DNA from: Spirochaetia bacterium
Lineage (GTDB): Bacteria; Spirochaetota; Spirochaetia; DSM-2461
NCBI GenBank assembly: GCA_963668315.1
Contig: OY764216.1
Location: 5,248,001 to 5,312,000, forward strand
DNA: 64,000 nucleotides
Direction of reading: 5' to 3'
Below are positions 52,769 through 61,910 of this stretch, piece by piece. The notes below the pieces were generated by a model. It worked only from the letters and a program-made list of their open reading frames with translations, searched no databases and was not told the origin of the DNA. Made by a program: the position numbers and the translations under genes. How positions within the stretch are numbered: position 1 is the stretch's first letter; every line of letters begins with the position of its first letter.

Positions 52769-53828
52769 CGAAAGGATTAAAAACAGCCGGGTCAGCCTAC
52801 CCCAGAGGGATTTTATCTACAACTCCTTCTCCTGGCTGATATTAGGAGCCGCCGTTGTGGCCGGACTGTTCTGGGAACTGGCCGTTCGGCCCGGACTCGA
52901 TTCAAAGGAAGTCATCAGCATGGCCGCCTCCTTTTTCGGAGCGGGCGTCATCCTCATGATCATGCCCTTCTGGGGTATCATGATGGTATTTCTCGTTCTG
53001 TGCGCCGTCCCTCTGGGCCTGGAAGAGTACGGTCTTTCCTACGCTCCGCTCATGGCAGCGGGAGCGGCGGGGCTCTATTTTTCCTGCGCCGTCCAGCTGG
53101 TGTTTCAGTGGGACAAGGTGGTCATTCTTCGAATGGGAAAATTCCACCGCATCATCGGCCCGGGGCTCCATTTCATCCTTCCCCTCATAGACAGGACCGC
53201 CGCCCATGTGGATACGCGCATCCGGGTCACCGATTTTACGGCGGAGAAAAGCCTGACCCTGGATACGGTGCCCGTCCATGTGGACGCCCTCTGCTTCTGG
53301 ATGATATGGGATGCCCGGAAGGCGGTGCTTGAAGTGGAAAACTATCGGGAAGCGGTGGCCCTCTCGGCCCAGACAGCCCTGCGTGATGCCATTGGAAGAC
53401 ACGATCTGGCGGCCCTGCTCTCCAAAAGAGAGGAGATGGGCAGGGAGATCCAGCAGGCCCTGGACAGCAAAACCAACCCCTGGGGCATCACGATCCTTTC
53501 CGTGGAATTCACCGACGTCATCATTCCCCAGGCCCTGGAAGACGCCATGAGCAAGAAAGCCCAGGCGGAGAGGGAAAAGCAGTCTCGCATCATTCTCTCG
53601 GAAGCGGAAATCGCCGTGGCGGATAATTTTGATATCGCCTCGGAAAAATATAAAAACAATGAAACGGCCCTCAAACTCCGTTCCATGAATATGGTCTACG
53701 AAGGCCTGAAAAACAAAGAGGGCACCCTTATGATGATGCCCTCATCGGCCATGGAGCAGATGGATCTGGGAGTCCCGCTCGGAGCGGCCGCTCTCGGGAG
53801 CCGCACAGGCAAGGAGGAGAAAAAATGA
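52746..53828 (+). CDS. Stomatin/slipin-like SPFH protein with extra N-terminal TM segments
   Basis: 'VILRMGK', 'LTLDTVPVHVDA', 'AQTALRDAIG', 'WGI', 'AMSKKAQAERE'. Confidence 0.92.
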   Translation: MNLLKLNSERIKNSRVSLPQRDFIYNSFSWLILGAAVVAGLFWELAVRPGLDSKEVISMAASFFGAGVILMIMPFWGIMMVFLVLCAVPLGLEEYGLSYAPLMAAGAAGLYFSCAVQLVFQWDKVVILRMGKFHRIIGPGLHFILPLIDRTAAHVDTRIRVTDFTAEKSLTLDTVPVHVDALCFWMIWDARKAVLEVENYREAVALSAQTALRDAIGRHDLAALLSKREEMGREIQQALDSKTNPWGITILSVEFTDVIIPQALEDAMSKKAQAEREKQSRIILSEAEIAVADNFDIASEKYKNNETALKLRSMNMVYEGLKNKEGTLMMMPSSAMEQMDLGVPLGAAALGSRTGKEEKK

Positions 53829-54502
53829 TAACCATTGAAAATGTTAAGAAAACCTATGTCTCGGGGGACGTGAAAGTAGAAGCCCTCCGCGGTGTCGACC
53901 TGATTATCAGGGACGGGGAGTTCACCTCCATCGCCGGCCCCTCCGGTTCGGGAAAAACGACTCTCCTCAACCTGATAGGATGCATAGATACGCTGGACAG
54001 CGGCAGTATCCTCATTGACGACAAGCCGGTGTTTAAGCTGAACAAGGACGAAAAAGCCCTGTTCCGCCGGGAGAAGCTGGGGTTCATCTTCCAGAGCTAT
54101 AACCTGATTCCCGTCCTGACCGCCTTTGAGAATGTCGCCTTTGCCCTGAATCTTCTGGATATAGACGACCGGGAAGTAAAGGAACGGACCATGGCCATAC
54201 TCAGGGAAGTGGGACTGGAAGGGATGGAGAACCGCAAGCCCAATAAGCTTTCCGGAGGGCAGCAGCAGAGGGTGGCCATCGCCCGGGCCCTCATCAAAAA
54301 CCCCAAGATCATTCTCGCCGATGAGCCGACGGCCAATCTGGACTCCCATACGGGCGAGGAAATACTCAAACTGATGCGGGTGATGAACGAGAAGCACGGC
54401 ACCACATTCATCTTCTCGACCCACGACAAAATGGTCATGGAATATGCCCGGCGTCTTGTTTCCCTTCACGATGGCCTGATTCAGAAGGACGAGATTCGTT
54501 AG
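53825..54502 (+). CDS. ABC ATPase, LolD/MacB family
   Basis: 'GPSGSGKT', 'GFIFQSYNLIP', 'LSGGQQQRVAIARAL', 'ADEPTANLD'. Confidence 0.97.
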   Translation: MITIENVKKTYVSGDVKVEALRGVDLIIRDGEFTSIAGPSGSGKTTLLNLIGCIDTLDSGSILIDDKPVFKLNKDEKALFRREKLGFIFQSYNLIPVLTAFENVAFALNLLDIDDREVKERTMAILREVGLEGMENRKPNKLSGGQQQRVAIARALIKNPKIILADEPTANLDSHTGEEILKLMRVMNEKHGTTFIFSTHDKMVMEYARRLVSLHDGLIQKDEIR

Positions 54503-54513
54503 GGAGGAAAACC

Positions 54514-55758
54514 ATGAAGGGTTTGGTAAAACTTGGTTTTAAAAATCTGCTCCGCTACAAAAGACGAACCATTATCACCGCCGTCGCCGTCGCCATGGGA
54601 CTGATGTTCTTCATCATGATGGACTCCCTGCTCATGGGCGTCAGCGAAGATTCCACCATCAATATCATGCGCTACGAGAGCGGCTCGGGCCGCGTCGTCA
54701 CCCCCGCCTACTGGGAGGAATTCGAATCCATGCCTCTCAAAGAAACTCTCGCTCCCTCGGTTGGGAGTAAACTTGACGGGGCGGGCATCACCTGGACGCC
54801 CCGGCTGGATTTTCCCGGAGAGCTGATCTTCCGGGGCGATCCCTGGGAGGAGGACGGTTCCGTTTCCGTCGTCGTTACAGCCCTGGACCCGGAAAGGGAC
54901 GGCCGTGTATTCGACCTGGACAAGGTGGTCACCGAAGGCCGTTTCCTCCGGCCCGGCGAAGAGGGCGTTATCATGGGGCAGTGGCTGGCCGAGGATATCG
55001 GCGCCCGGGTGGGCTATCCCCTTTCGGTCCGGGTGAAAACCCGTTTCGGCAGCGAGGAGCTGATGGAACTGGATGTCACCGGCATCATGGACTGCCCCGA
55101 CCCCTACGTAAATACGGGCGTCATCTTCGTCGATCTTTCCGTGGCGGACGACTACCTGGAGATGGACGGCCTGATAACCCAGGCGGCGGTCAGCCTCTCG
55201 CCCAATCCCCAGCCGCCCCAGAACGTTCTGGATAAACTGAACCGCGCTCTGGCCGGTTCGGGAGCGGAGTTCCATAAGTGGGAGGACTGGGCGGCCGACT
55301 TCGTGGCCATCGCCGCGGGCAAGCAGACATCGGCCTACTCCATCCTCTCTCTGGTCATCCTCATCGCCGCCATAGGAATCTCCAACACCGTCCTCATGAG
55401 CCTCTTCGAACGGACCCGCGAACTGGGGATGCTCCGGGCCATGGGCATGACCGACGGGGACCTGCGGCGGGCGTTTCTTATCGAGGCGGCCGGAATCGGC
55501 CTTATCGGCGGACTGGCCGGCATCATTCTGGGCGGAGGAGTCAACCTGATTCTGATCCACGTGGGCATAGACTACGGATCGCTGCTCAGGGATATGAAGT
55601 TGGGTTACCGGGTCACGGGTATGATGTACGGAATCTGGATAGTCCGGGACTACATCATCTCCCTGATCGGGGGAGTCGTCATATGCACGGGGATTTCCTG
55701 GTTCGTCACCAAGAAACTGGTCAAGATGGAAATCACCGAATGTCTCAGGTTTATATAG
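54514..55758 (+). CDS. FtsX/LolE/MacB-like ABC permease (1)
   Basis: 'KNLLRYKRRT', large periplasmic loop, 'ISNTVLMSLFERTRELGMLRAMG'. Confidence 0.93.
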   Translation: MKGLVKLGFKNLLRYKRRTIITAVAVAMGLMFFIMMDSLLMGVSEDSTINIMRYESGSGRVVTPAYWEEFESMPLKETLAPSVGSKLDGAGITWTPRLDFPGELIFRGDPWEEDGSVSVVVTALDPERDGRVFDLDKVVTEGRFLRPGEEGVIMGQWLAEDIGARVGYPLSVRVKTRFGSEELMELDVTGIMDCPDPYVNTGVIFVDLSVADDYLEMDGLITQAAVSLSPNPQPPQNVLDKLNRALAGSGAEFHKWEDWAADFVAIAAGKQTSAYSILSLVILIAAIGISNTVLMSLFERTRELGMLRAMGMTDGDLRRAFLIEAAGIGLIGGLAGIILGGGVNLILIHVGIDYGSLLRDMKLGYRVTGMMYGIWIVRDYIISLIGGVVICTGISWFVTKKLVKMEITECLRFI

Positions 55759-55770
55759 AAGGAGGAGGAG

Positions 55771-57018
55771 ATGAAACTTTCCCGCATAGCCTTTAGAAAT
55801 ATCATGAGGAACCGCCGGCGGAGCATCCTCTCCGGCTCTGCCATAGCCGTGGCCACCATGAGCATCGTCCTTCTCTTCGGAATGCTCGAGGGGATGCTGA
55901 ACGACATGGCCCGCAACGAACAGCGCTACCAGACAGGCATGGTGCAGATACGCAACGCGGAATTCGTCAAATACGAACGGCTCAATCCCTCCCATCTGTT
56001 CATCAGAAACGCCGGAGAGACGGTGGAGGCCTTCCGCTCCTACCCCTGGGTCACCGCGGTTTCGGAGCGGATCAACTTTCCCGGCCGGGTCTACCGGGAC
56101 GAGCGGGAGTTCAATGTGCTGGGAGAGGGGGTGGACTTTTCCCGGGAGAGGGAGTTCCAGCATCTGGACGACGCCCTCATCGCGGGCCGTTATCCCGAGC
56201 CGGGCAGCCGGGAGGCGGTGATCGGCTTCAAACTGGCCCAGCGAATGGGCATAGACCTGACTGATGGCGAGCCGGATAAAATCACCCTGCTCACCACCAA
56301 AGCCAACCGGCAGACGAAATTCTTCACCGTGGAAGTCGTCGGCCTTTTGGCCTATCCGGTAGGCGTTCTGAACGGGACACACGTGCTCATCCCCCTGGAC
56401 ACGGCCCGGGAGCTTCTCCTCATGGAGGACGGCCTTTCTGAGATCCTTCTGATGGTGGATGAAAAGGTCCTTGACGCGGACAGCGCCGCCGAACGGCTCC
56501 GGAACGACCTGGCCGGGACCTACCCGGAGCTCTCCATCCAGTCCTGGCTGGAAACCAACCTGATCTGGGGCATGATGCAGCTGGCCTCCAATATCTACAA
56601 CATATTCGCCCTCTTCTTCTTCGTTCTGGGCAGCTCGGTCATCATCAATACCACCATTATGGTCATATTCGAACGGATGAAGGAGATCGGCACCCTGGAA
56701 GCCATGGGCATGAGAGGCAGGGAACTGACCCGGCTCTTCTTCCTGGAAGCCTTCTATATCAGCGTCATGGGCGCCCTGGGCGGAACCTTTCTGGGCATTA
56801 TCATCATACTGGCCACAGGGAAAACGGGCATTCCCCTGGGAGACATGGTGGACGGCATGGAAGGCTTCTCCATGTCCAACTACCTCTACATGGGACTCAG
56901 CCTGAAAAACACCCTGCTCGTCTTTATCTACTCGGTCACCGTCGCTTCGCTGGCCACATTCATACCGTCCCGCCGGGCCGCGAAAATCGAACCGGTGGAA
57001 GCACTGAAAGCCATCTAG
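55771..57018 (+). CDS. FtsX/LolE/MacB-like ABC permease (2)
   Basis: 'FRNIMRNRRRS', 'INTTIMVIFERMKEIGTLEAMG', 'PSRRAAKIEPVEAL'. Confidence 0.93.
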   Translation: MKLSRIAFRNIMRNRRRSILSGSAIAVATMSIVLLFGMLEGMLNDMARNEQRYQTGMVQIRNAEFVKYERLNPSHLFIRNAGETVEAFRSYPWVTAVSERINFPGRVYRDEREFNVLGEGVDFSREREFQHLDDALIAGRYPEPGSREAVIGFKLAQRMGIDLTDGEPDKITLLTTKANRQTKFFTVEVVGLLAYPVGVLNGTHVLIPLDTARELLLMEDGLSEILLMVDEKVLDADSAAERLRNDLAGTYPELSIQSWLETNLIWGMMQLASNIYNIFALFFFVLGSSVIINTTIMVIFERMKEIGTLEAMGMRGRELTRLFFLEAFYISVMGALGGTFLGIIIILATGKTGIPLGDMVDGMEGFSMSNYLYMGLSLKNTLLVFIYSVTVASLATFIPSRRAAKIEPVEALKAI

Positions 57019-57030
57019 GAGGAATCAAAC

Positions 57031-57756
57031 ATGAAAAAACTGGGAATTTTACTAATCTTCACCGCCGTTCTGACAACGGCCGGCGCCATAACGGGAGAGG
57101 AGATCATCGAGAAAGCCGACGAACTCCAGTCCTTCGACACGCAGAAGTCCTCGGGGACAATGATCTCCCACGACCGCTTCGGCGACATCACAAGCACCTT
57201 CGAAAGCTGGAGCCGGGGAAACAAGGAGTTCCTCCTGGAGTTCACCAACGCCGAGGAACGGGGCCAGAAAGTGCTCCGGGTGGACGACGTCATGTACCTC
57301 TACGATCCCGACGCGGAAGAGACAATCCGCTTGAGCGGTTCGGCCCTGAAGGACTCCCTCTTCGGCGACGTCTCCTACGAAGACGTGAGCGAGGGGAACG
57401 ACACCCTGGACCAGTACAATGCCGTGCTGGACGGGGAAGAGCTGAAAAAAGGCAAAAACTGCTACCGCGTCATCCTCACCGCCAAAAAGCGGAACGCCCC
57501 CTACTACAAGCAGATCCTCTGGATAAACAGGGACAACTTCGTCCTGGTCTACGGGGAGTACTACTCCAAGCGGGACATCCACCTCAAGACCATCGAAGTG
57601 CTGGACATCATGGAAAAGGGAGAGAAATTCATCATCTCCCACCTTATCCTCCGGGACGTGATCAAAGGAGACTCACACACAGAGATGATCCTGGACGATA
57701 TCGAGCTGGACATTCCCCTGGAAGACCGGCTCTTTACCGAAGAGGCTCTCTTCTGA
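57031..57756 (+). CDS. LolA-like 'outer membrane lipoprotein-sorting' periplasmic protein
   Basis: Signal peptide, 'TGEEIIEKAD', 'MYLYDP..E..IRLSGS', 'FGDVSYEDV', 'YYKQILWI'. Confidence 0.88.
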   Translation: MKKLGILLIFTAVLTTAGAITGEEIIEKADELQSFDTQKSSGTMISHDRFGDITSTFESWSRGNKEFLLEFTNAEERGQKVLRVDDVMYLYDPDAEETIRLSGSALKDSLFGDVSYEDVSEGNDTLDQYNAVLDGEELKKGKNCYRVILTAKKRNAPYYKQILWINRDNFVLVYGEYYSKRDIHLKTIEVLDIMEKGEKFIISHLILRDVIKGDSHTEMILDDIELDIPLEDRLFTEEALF

Positions 57757-59003
57757 TGAAACCCCTCTTCCTCCTGAGCCTGGCCGGGAGAAACCTCTGC
57801 CGGTACCGAAGACGCACCGTCCTGACCATGCTGGTCCTGGCGGTGGGCATCGCCTGCTATATTCTCATGGACTCCCTGCTCATCGGGACCCGCCGGGAAT
57901 CGGAACTGGCCCTCATCTATTATGAAATGGGAGAGGGCCGCCTGGTCACCCCCGGCTGGTGGGCCGACCGCAAGGACTACCCCCTGTCGGAAAACCTCAC
58001 AGAACCGGACCGGCTGATGGAGGAACTGGCCGCCCGGAACATCCCCTCCTCCGCCCGGACCGAGTTCACCGCCACCGCCGTGACCCGCAGCGGCACGGGG
58101 GGCAGCTTCTCCCTGACCGTGACCGCCCTGGATCCCCGGGAGGACACCCGGGTCAACCGCCTGACCGAAACGGTCTCCGAGGGAACCTTCCCCGCCCCCG
58201 GTTCGGAGGACGCCGCCCTGGGAGAGTGGCTCGCCCAGGACATGGACCTCTCCGTGGGAGACACGCTGACCCTGCAGTTCACCGACCGCTGGGGCTCCCG
58301 GGAGGCCATGGACGTGACCATCTCGGCCCTGCTGAACTCGCCCAACCACAAGATCAACCGCTCCGGCCTCTTCATCTCCCGGGAGACGGCGGACTACTAC
58401 CTCTCTCTGGAAGGCTCCGCCTCCTACGTCCAGATCGGACTGCCCGCCCTGAAAGGGGAGAAACGCCGGGCCCTGGCCGCCCTGGAAAACCTGGCCGCCG
58501 CCGAAGGCCTGGAGTACCACGGCTGGCGCGACTGGTCCGCCGACTACCTGGCCATGGCCGACGGGGACACCTACTCCAGCGCGGTCATCCTCTTCCTCGT
58601 CTTCATCATCGCGTCGGTGGGTCTGGCCAACACCATGCTCATGTCCGTCATGGAGCGGCAGCAGGAGATCGGCATGATGCGCTCCCTGGGAATGAAGGAG
58701 AGGGCCATACTGCTCCTCTTTCTCTGCGAAGGGGGACTCATAGGCCTCCTGGGCTCCCTGATAGGCCTGTTCCTCTCCTTTCTGGGAAACATCCCCCTGG
58801 TCCGCAAAGGAATCGACTTCAGCTTCATGATGCGCGACATCGACATGGGATACCGCTTCACCGGCATCATCCACGGCGTCTGGAGCGCCCCGGGCTACCT
58901 CTGGGGACTGGCGGCGGGCATACTCATCTGCCTGACCGTCTCCTGGCTGACCGTACACCGCGTCCTGGCCCGTCCCATCACCGAGGAGATCCGGGCCGCC
59001 TGA
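57756..59003 (+). CDS. FtsX/LolE/MacB-like ABC permease (3), paralogue of permease 1
   Basis: 'RNLCRYRRRT', 'LANTMLMSVMERQQEIGMMRSLG'; TGATG overlap with the LolA-like gene. Confidence 0.92.
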   Translation: MKPLFLLSLAGRNLCRYRRRTVLTMLVLAVGIACYILMDSLLIGTRRESELALIYYEMGEGRLVTPGWWADRKDYPLSENLTEPDRLMEELAARNIPSSARTEFTATAVTRSGTGGSFSLTVTALDPREDTRVNRLTETVSEGTFPAPGSEDAALGEWLAQDMDLSVGDTLTLQFTDRWGSREAMDVTISALLNSPNHKINRSGLFISRETADYYLSLEGSASYVQIGLPALKGEKRRALAALENLAAAEGLEYHGWRDWSADYLAMADGDTYSSAVILFLVFIIASVGLANTMLMSVMERQQEIGMMRSLGMKERAILLLFLCEGGLIGLLGSLIGLFLSFLGNIPLVRKGIDFSFMMRDIDMGYRFTGIIHGVWSAPGYLWGLAAGILICLTVSWLTVHRVLARPITEEIRAA

Positions 59004-59146
59004 CATAAGAAGCCTTTTTCGGGCGCCTCCCGCCTCACGGCGGGACCGGGTGCTCTCGGGGTCCGGCTGGCGCCTTCCGTCCCTCCCTCGCGGGAGCGAC
59101 CGGCCAGCCGCCCTGACGCCCCCTGGCGCATCACCCCGGCCAAAAG

Positions 59147-60262
59147 ATGAATATGAAAAAGAAAAACCTGATCCCCGCCCTCTTCATGACCGCCCTCTTC
59201 GCCCTCCACTCCGAATCCCTTCTGACAGTGGACATGACCCTCCTGCAGTCGGCGGGTTATGACAAAGATAAGGAGCAGTGGCAGTACGGCGGCTCCGGCT
59301 CGGCCGACTTCCAGGTCAAATCCACGGGCAATCAGAACGTCAAAGGAGAACTCGCCCTCACCTACTACCCCCTGGACGGCCTTCCCGCCGGATACACCAT
59401 GGTCAGCCTGGAAAAGGCCTCCATCAAAGTACAGTTTCCCTCCCTGCGCCTGACCATGGGAAAGACCCGCATCGGCTGGGGCGACGGCACCGTCTTCAAC
59501 GGGGGGGACGTTCTGTACGGCAGCCTGAGTCCCTCGGTGGACCTGACCGCCGATGAGATCCGCTCCGACACGGCCCTTTTGACCCTGCTCCGCTACACCG
59601 CGGGCCGCAACTACGCCGAAGCCATCGTCATGGCCCCCTCCCCGGATATGACCGATCCGTCCGCTCCGGTCGTACCGGCCATCACCGCCACCAGCGCCGG
59701 CGGCCGCTTCGTCATGGAAACGGGAAGTATTACCGTGGAGGGAGGCTACCTCTGCAAGGGGCAGGCGAAAACCGCAGGAGACGTCACCGGGCACCGCCCC
59801 TATCTGAGCCTCCACGGCTACGGCTGGCTGGACTGGTACGGCTCGGCCTCCCTGGCGGTTCCCTTCGAAGGGGCAGACTGGCGTAACAACGTCAGCGGGA
59901 CGGCCCATCTGACCGGCGGTGCGTTCCGCCAGTTCGGCCTGGGTTACGACGGAACCCTCTCGGTACGTCTGGAGACCCTTCTCTACCCCTGGGCCGAGTG
60001 GGAAGAGCAGCCATCGCCCGAGACCTACGGCCTCTACCTCTACCCGGAACTGACTTTCGCCCTGGGCCGGAATCTCACCCTGCCCGTCCTGGCCGTACTC
60101 TCCCCCGTTGACCGTTCGGGCCAATTCACCGCCGGGTTCAGCTGGACCGTCTACCAGGGCTTTCGCTTCCTCGGCTATGGCGTAGGAGAACTGGGTGAAA
60201 GCAGCGACACCTTTATCACGGGAAATATCTCCCTTATGGCGGGGATGGGGTATAAATACTAG
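59147..60262 (+). CDS. Secreted protein, probable outer-membrane beta-barrel
   Basis: Signal peptide, 'LTMGKTRIGWG.G..FN..D', Gly/Tyr-rich amphipathic strands, aromatic C-terminus 'GMGYKY'. Start may be 59153. Confidence 0.7.
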   Translation: MNMKKKNLIPALFMTALFALHSESLLTVDMTLLQSAGYDKDKEQWQYGGSGSADFQVKSTGNQNVKGELALTYYPLDGLPAGYTMVSLEKASIKVQFPSLRLTMGKTRIGWGDGTVFNGGDVLYGSLSPSVDLTADEIRSDTALLTLLRYTAGRNYAEAIVMAPSPDMTDPSAPVVPAITATSAGGRFVMETGSITVEGGYLCKGQAKTAGDVTGHRPYLSLHGYGWLDWYGSASLAVPFEGADWRNNVSGTAHLTGGAFRQFGLGYDGTLSVRLETLLYPWAEWEEQPSPETYGLYLYPELTFALGRNLTLPVLAVLSPVDRSGQFTAGFSWTVYQGFRFLGYGVGELGESSDTFITGNISLMAGMGYKY

Positions 60263-60272
60263 GATTTGGGAA

Positions 60273-61100
60273 TCAGAGTCTCATTCTGCCCTGTATAACC
60301 TTAAGTTTGGCGAAGCCCTCGGTCAGAGATTTCGTAGCCTCACTCTTAATTTGAATCATTTCCGGATCAATCTCCGTGCCGGTGAAGCGCAGGATACAAT
60401 CGCCTCCCAGTTCACCGAAAAGATCAACATCAAGGCTCAGGCTGAACCGGTATTCCTGCCTGTTCTCGTACTGGGTATAATCCAGACTCCCTTCAACAGC
60501 CTCCATGGAAGTTCCCTTAATAGCAAGGTGACAGTAATCCCACGCGGGTTCATCATGATTCGTGGCCTGGTCATAGGTTTTCTCCAGAACAGGAGCACTT
60601 TCGGACTCCTCCGTTCCCTTTACAATTCCCGGAATCCCCTCTCCCAGGGCGATATTAATCGCTTCGTCGCCGCTGTGCATCATTCCGCCGGTCAGCACGA
60701 TTTTCTCTCCCCCGATGGTAAAACTTATTCCGTACTCCACCGTCACGGTAACCGTCCATACGGCGGTGTTGCCCTTTTCGGCGGTTACTTGAAAATCGGC
60801 GGGGATCCCATCCTCAATGGAGGCGGGAGATGTTAAAACCGCCCCTTCCGAGAGGGAAAACACGGGCTTGAAGAGAGAAAGATCCATGGGTTCCACTGTC
60901 AGAGATATGGTCCGATTTTCACTGTCGATTTGGGGTTCCCCCACGATATAAGGGGAAACAAGGGAGACAATATCAGCCTCGGACGACAGGTCCGGGCCGG
61001 AAGAATCGGCCATTTCACATCCCATGCAGAGAAGCGAAGCCCCCCAAAGAATAAATCCAAGCACCTTTCGCATCATGGAAAAAGATCTCATTTCAGTCAT
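60273..61100 (-). CDS. Lipoprotein with Ig/cadherin-like (DUF5018-like) domain
   Basis: Lipobox-like 'LLCMGC', 'SSEADI', 'P.FSLSEGA', 'VTAEKG...WTVTV'. Confidence 0.65.
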   Translation of the reverse strand: MTEMRSFSMMRKVLGFILWGASLLCMGCEMADSSGPDLSSEADIVSLVSPYIVGEPQIDSENRTISLTVEPMDLSLFKPVFSLSEGAVLTSPASIEDGIPADFQVTAEKGNTAVWTVTVTVEYGISFTIGGEKIVLTGGMMHSGDEAINIALGEGIPGIVKGTEESESAPVLEKTYDQATNHDEPAWDYCHLAIKGTSMEAVEGSLDYTQYENRQEYRFSLSLDVDLFGELGGDCILRFTGTEIDPEMIQIKSEATKSLTEGFAKLKVIQGRMRL

Positions 61101-61180
61101 TTTTTTACTCCGTTTTTTAAACTTTCACCCCTCAAATAATGGGGAGAATGGGATAAAAAATAGCAGAAATGAAACTCTGT

Positions 61181-61214
61181 GGCGTCCCGTTTTATCATTT
61201 GGGACGTTTTTTTT
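61181..61214 (+). terminator. Plus-strand intrinsic terminator in a region flanked by minus-strand genes
   Basis: GGCGTCCCG-N10-TGGGACG followed by T8; the G-U pairs form only in the plus-strand RNA. Confidence 0.6.
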
Positions 61215-61266
61215 ATAATTCATTCGGGAAAACCCTTCATATCACCATAGCTTTAGCCTTTGGAGC

Positions 61267-61302
61267 AAAAAAAACCGGAGCCCCTTTGGGTAACTCCGGT
61301 TT
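61267..61302 (-). terminator. Intrinsic terminator after hsp20
   Basis: AAACCGGAG...CTCCGGTTT stem with an A8 run on the plus strand (U tract on minus). Confidence 0.85.
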
Positions 61303-61332
61303 CTCCCTTAAGAGATAACAAACTATCGAAGG

Positions 61333-61776
61333 TTATCTGGTTTTCACTTTAATTGCCAGAGGCTTGGCTTCCTCTTTTTTGGCTATGGATAAGGTCAGGA
61401 GACCATTGGCGAAGACCGCTTCGATATTCTCGCTGGTGGCATCCTTGGGAAGATAGAAACTTCTCTTGAAGGAAAGAGCCGACCGTTCTTTCTTCAGGTA
61501 GCGTATTTCCGCCTTTTCATCGCTCTCTTCCTTTTTGGCCTCGGTCATCTTGTCGGCAGAAATGGTCAGGAGATTTTCCTTGACCTGAATGTCGAGCTCA
61601 TTTTCGGAGAATCCGGGAAGCTCGGCAGTGATCTCATACCCCTTTTCCGTTTCGGTAATATCCACGGCGGGAACCCTGGCTGCGGGAGAGTTGTCCCAGT
61701 TAAGGAAAGAATCGAAAATCCTGTCAATGTCGTTTACCCTGTTTCTTGTAACCATGTAGTTCATATAATCCTCCAT
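61333..61776 (-). CDS. Hsp20/alpha-crystallin small heat shock protein
   Basis: 'PAVDI.ET', 'AELPG', 'FKRSFYLP', 'A.FANGLL.L'. Confidence 0.96.
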   Translation of the reverse strand: MEDYMNYMVTRNRVNDIDRIFDSFLNWDNSPAARVPAVDITETEKGYEITAELPGFSENELDIQVKENLLTISADKMTEAKKEESDEKAEIRYLKKERSALSFKRSFYLPKDATSENIEAVFANGLLTLSIAKKEEAKPLAIKVKTR

Positions 61777-61893
61777 TGTGCCTCGGGCACACTCTTTTAA
61801 TTTTTTTCAGAAGCTTGCAAAAAAACGTATTGTCGGGTTTTTCACCTCCCGTCAAGGTGGCCCTTTTGCCAGCTCCTCTACACCAACATATAT

Positions 61894-61910
61894 AGCATAT
61901 ACCGTGCCAA
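61894..61910 (-). promoter_or_regulatory. Sigma-54 (-24/-12) promoter upstream of hsp20
   Basis: Minus strand TTGGCACGGTATATGCT with GG and GC at exact -24/-12 spacing. Confidence 0.75.

Noticed and set aside
53825..59003. Assigning lolC/lolD/lolE symbols
   Set aside because: Three permeases, YtrA control, and SPFH and barrel partners do not fit the housekeeping Lol locus.
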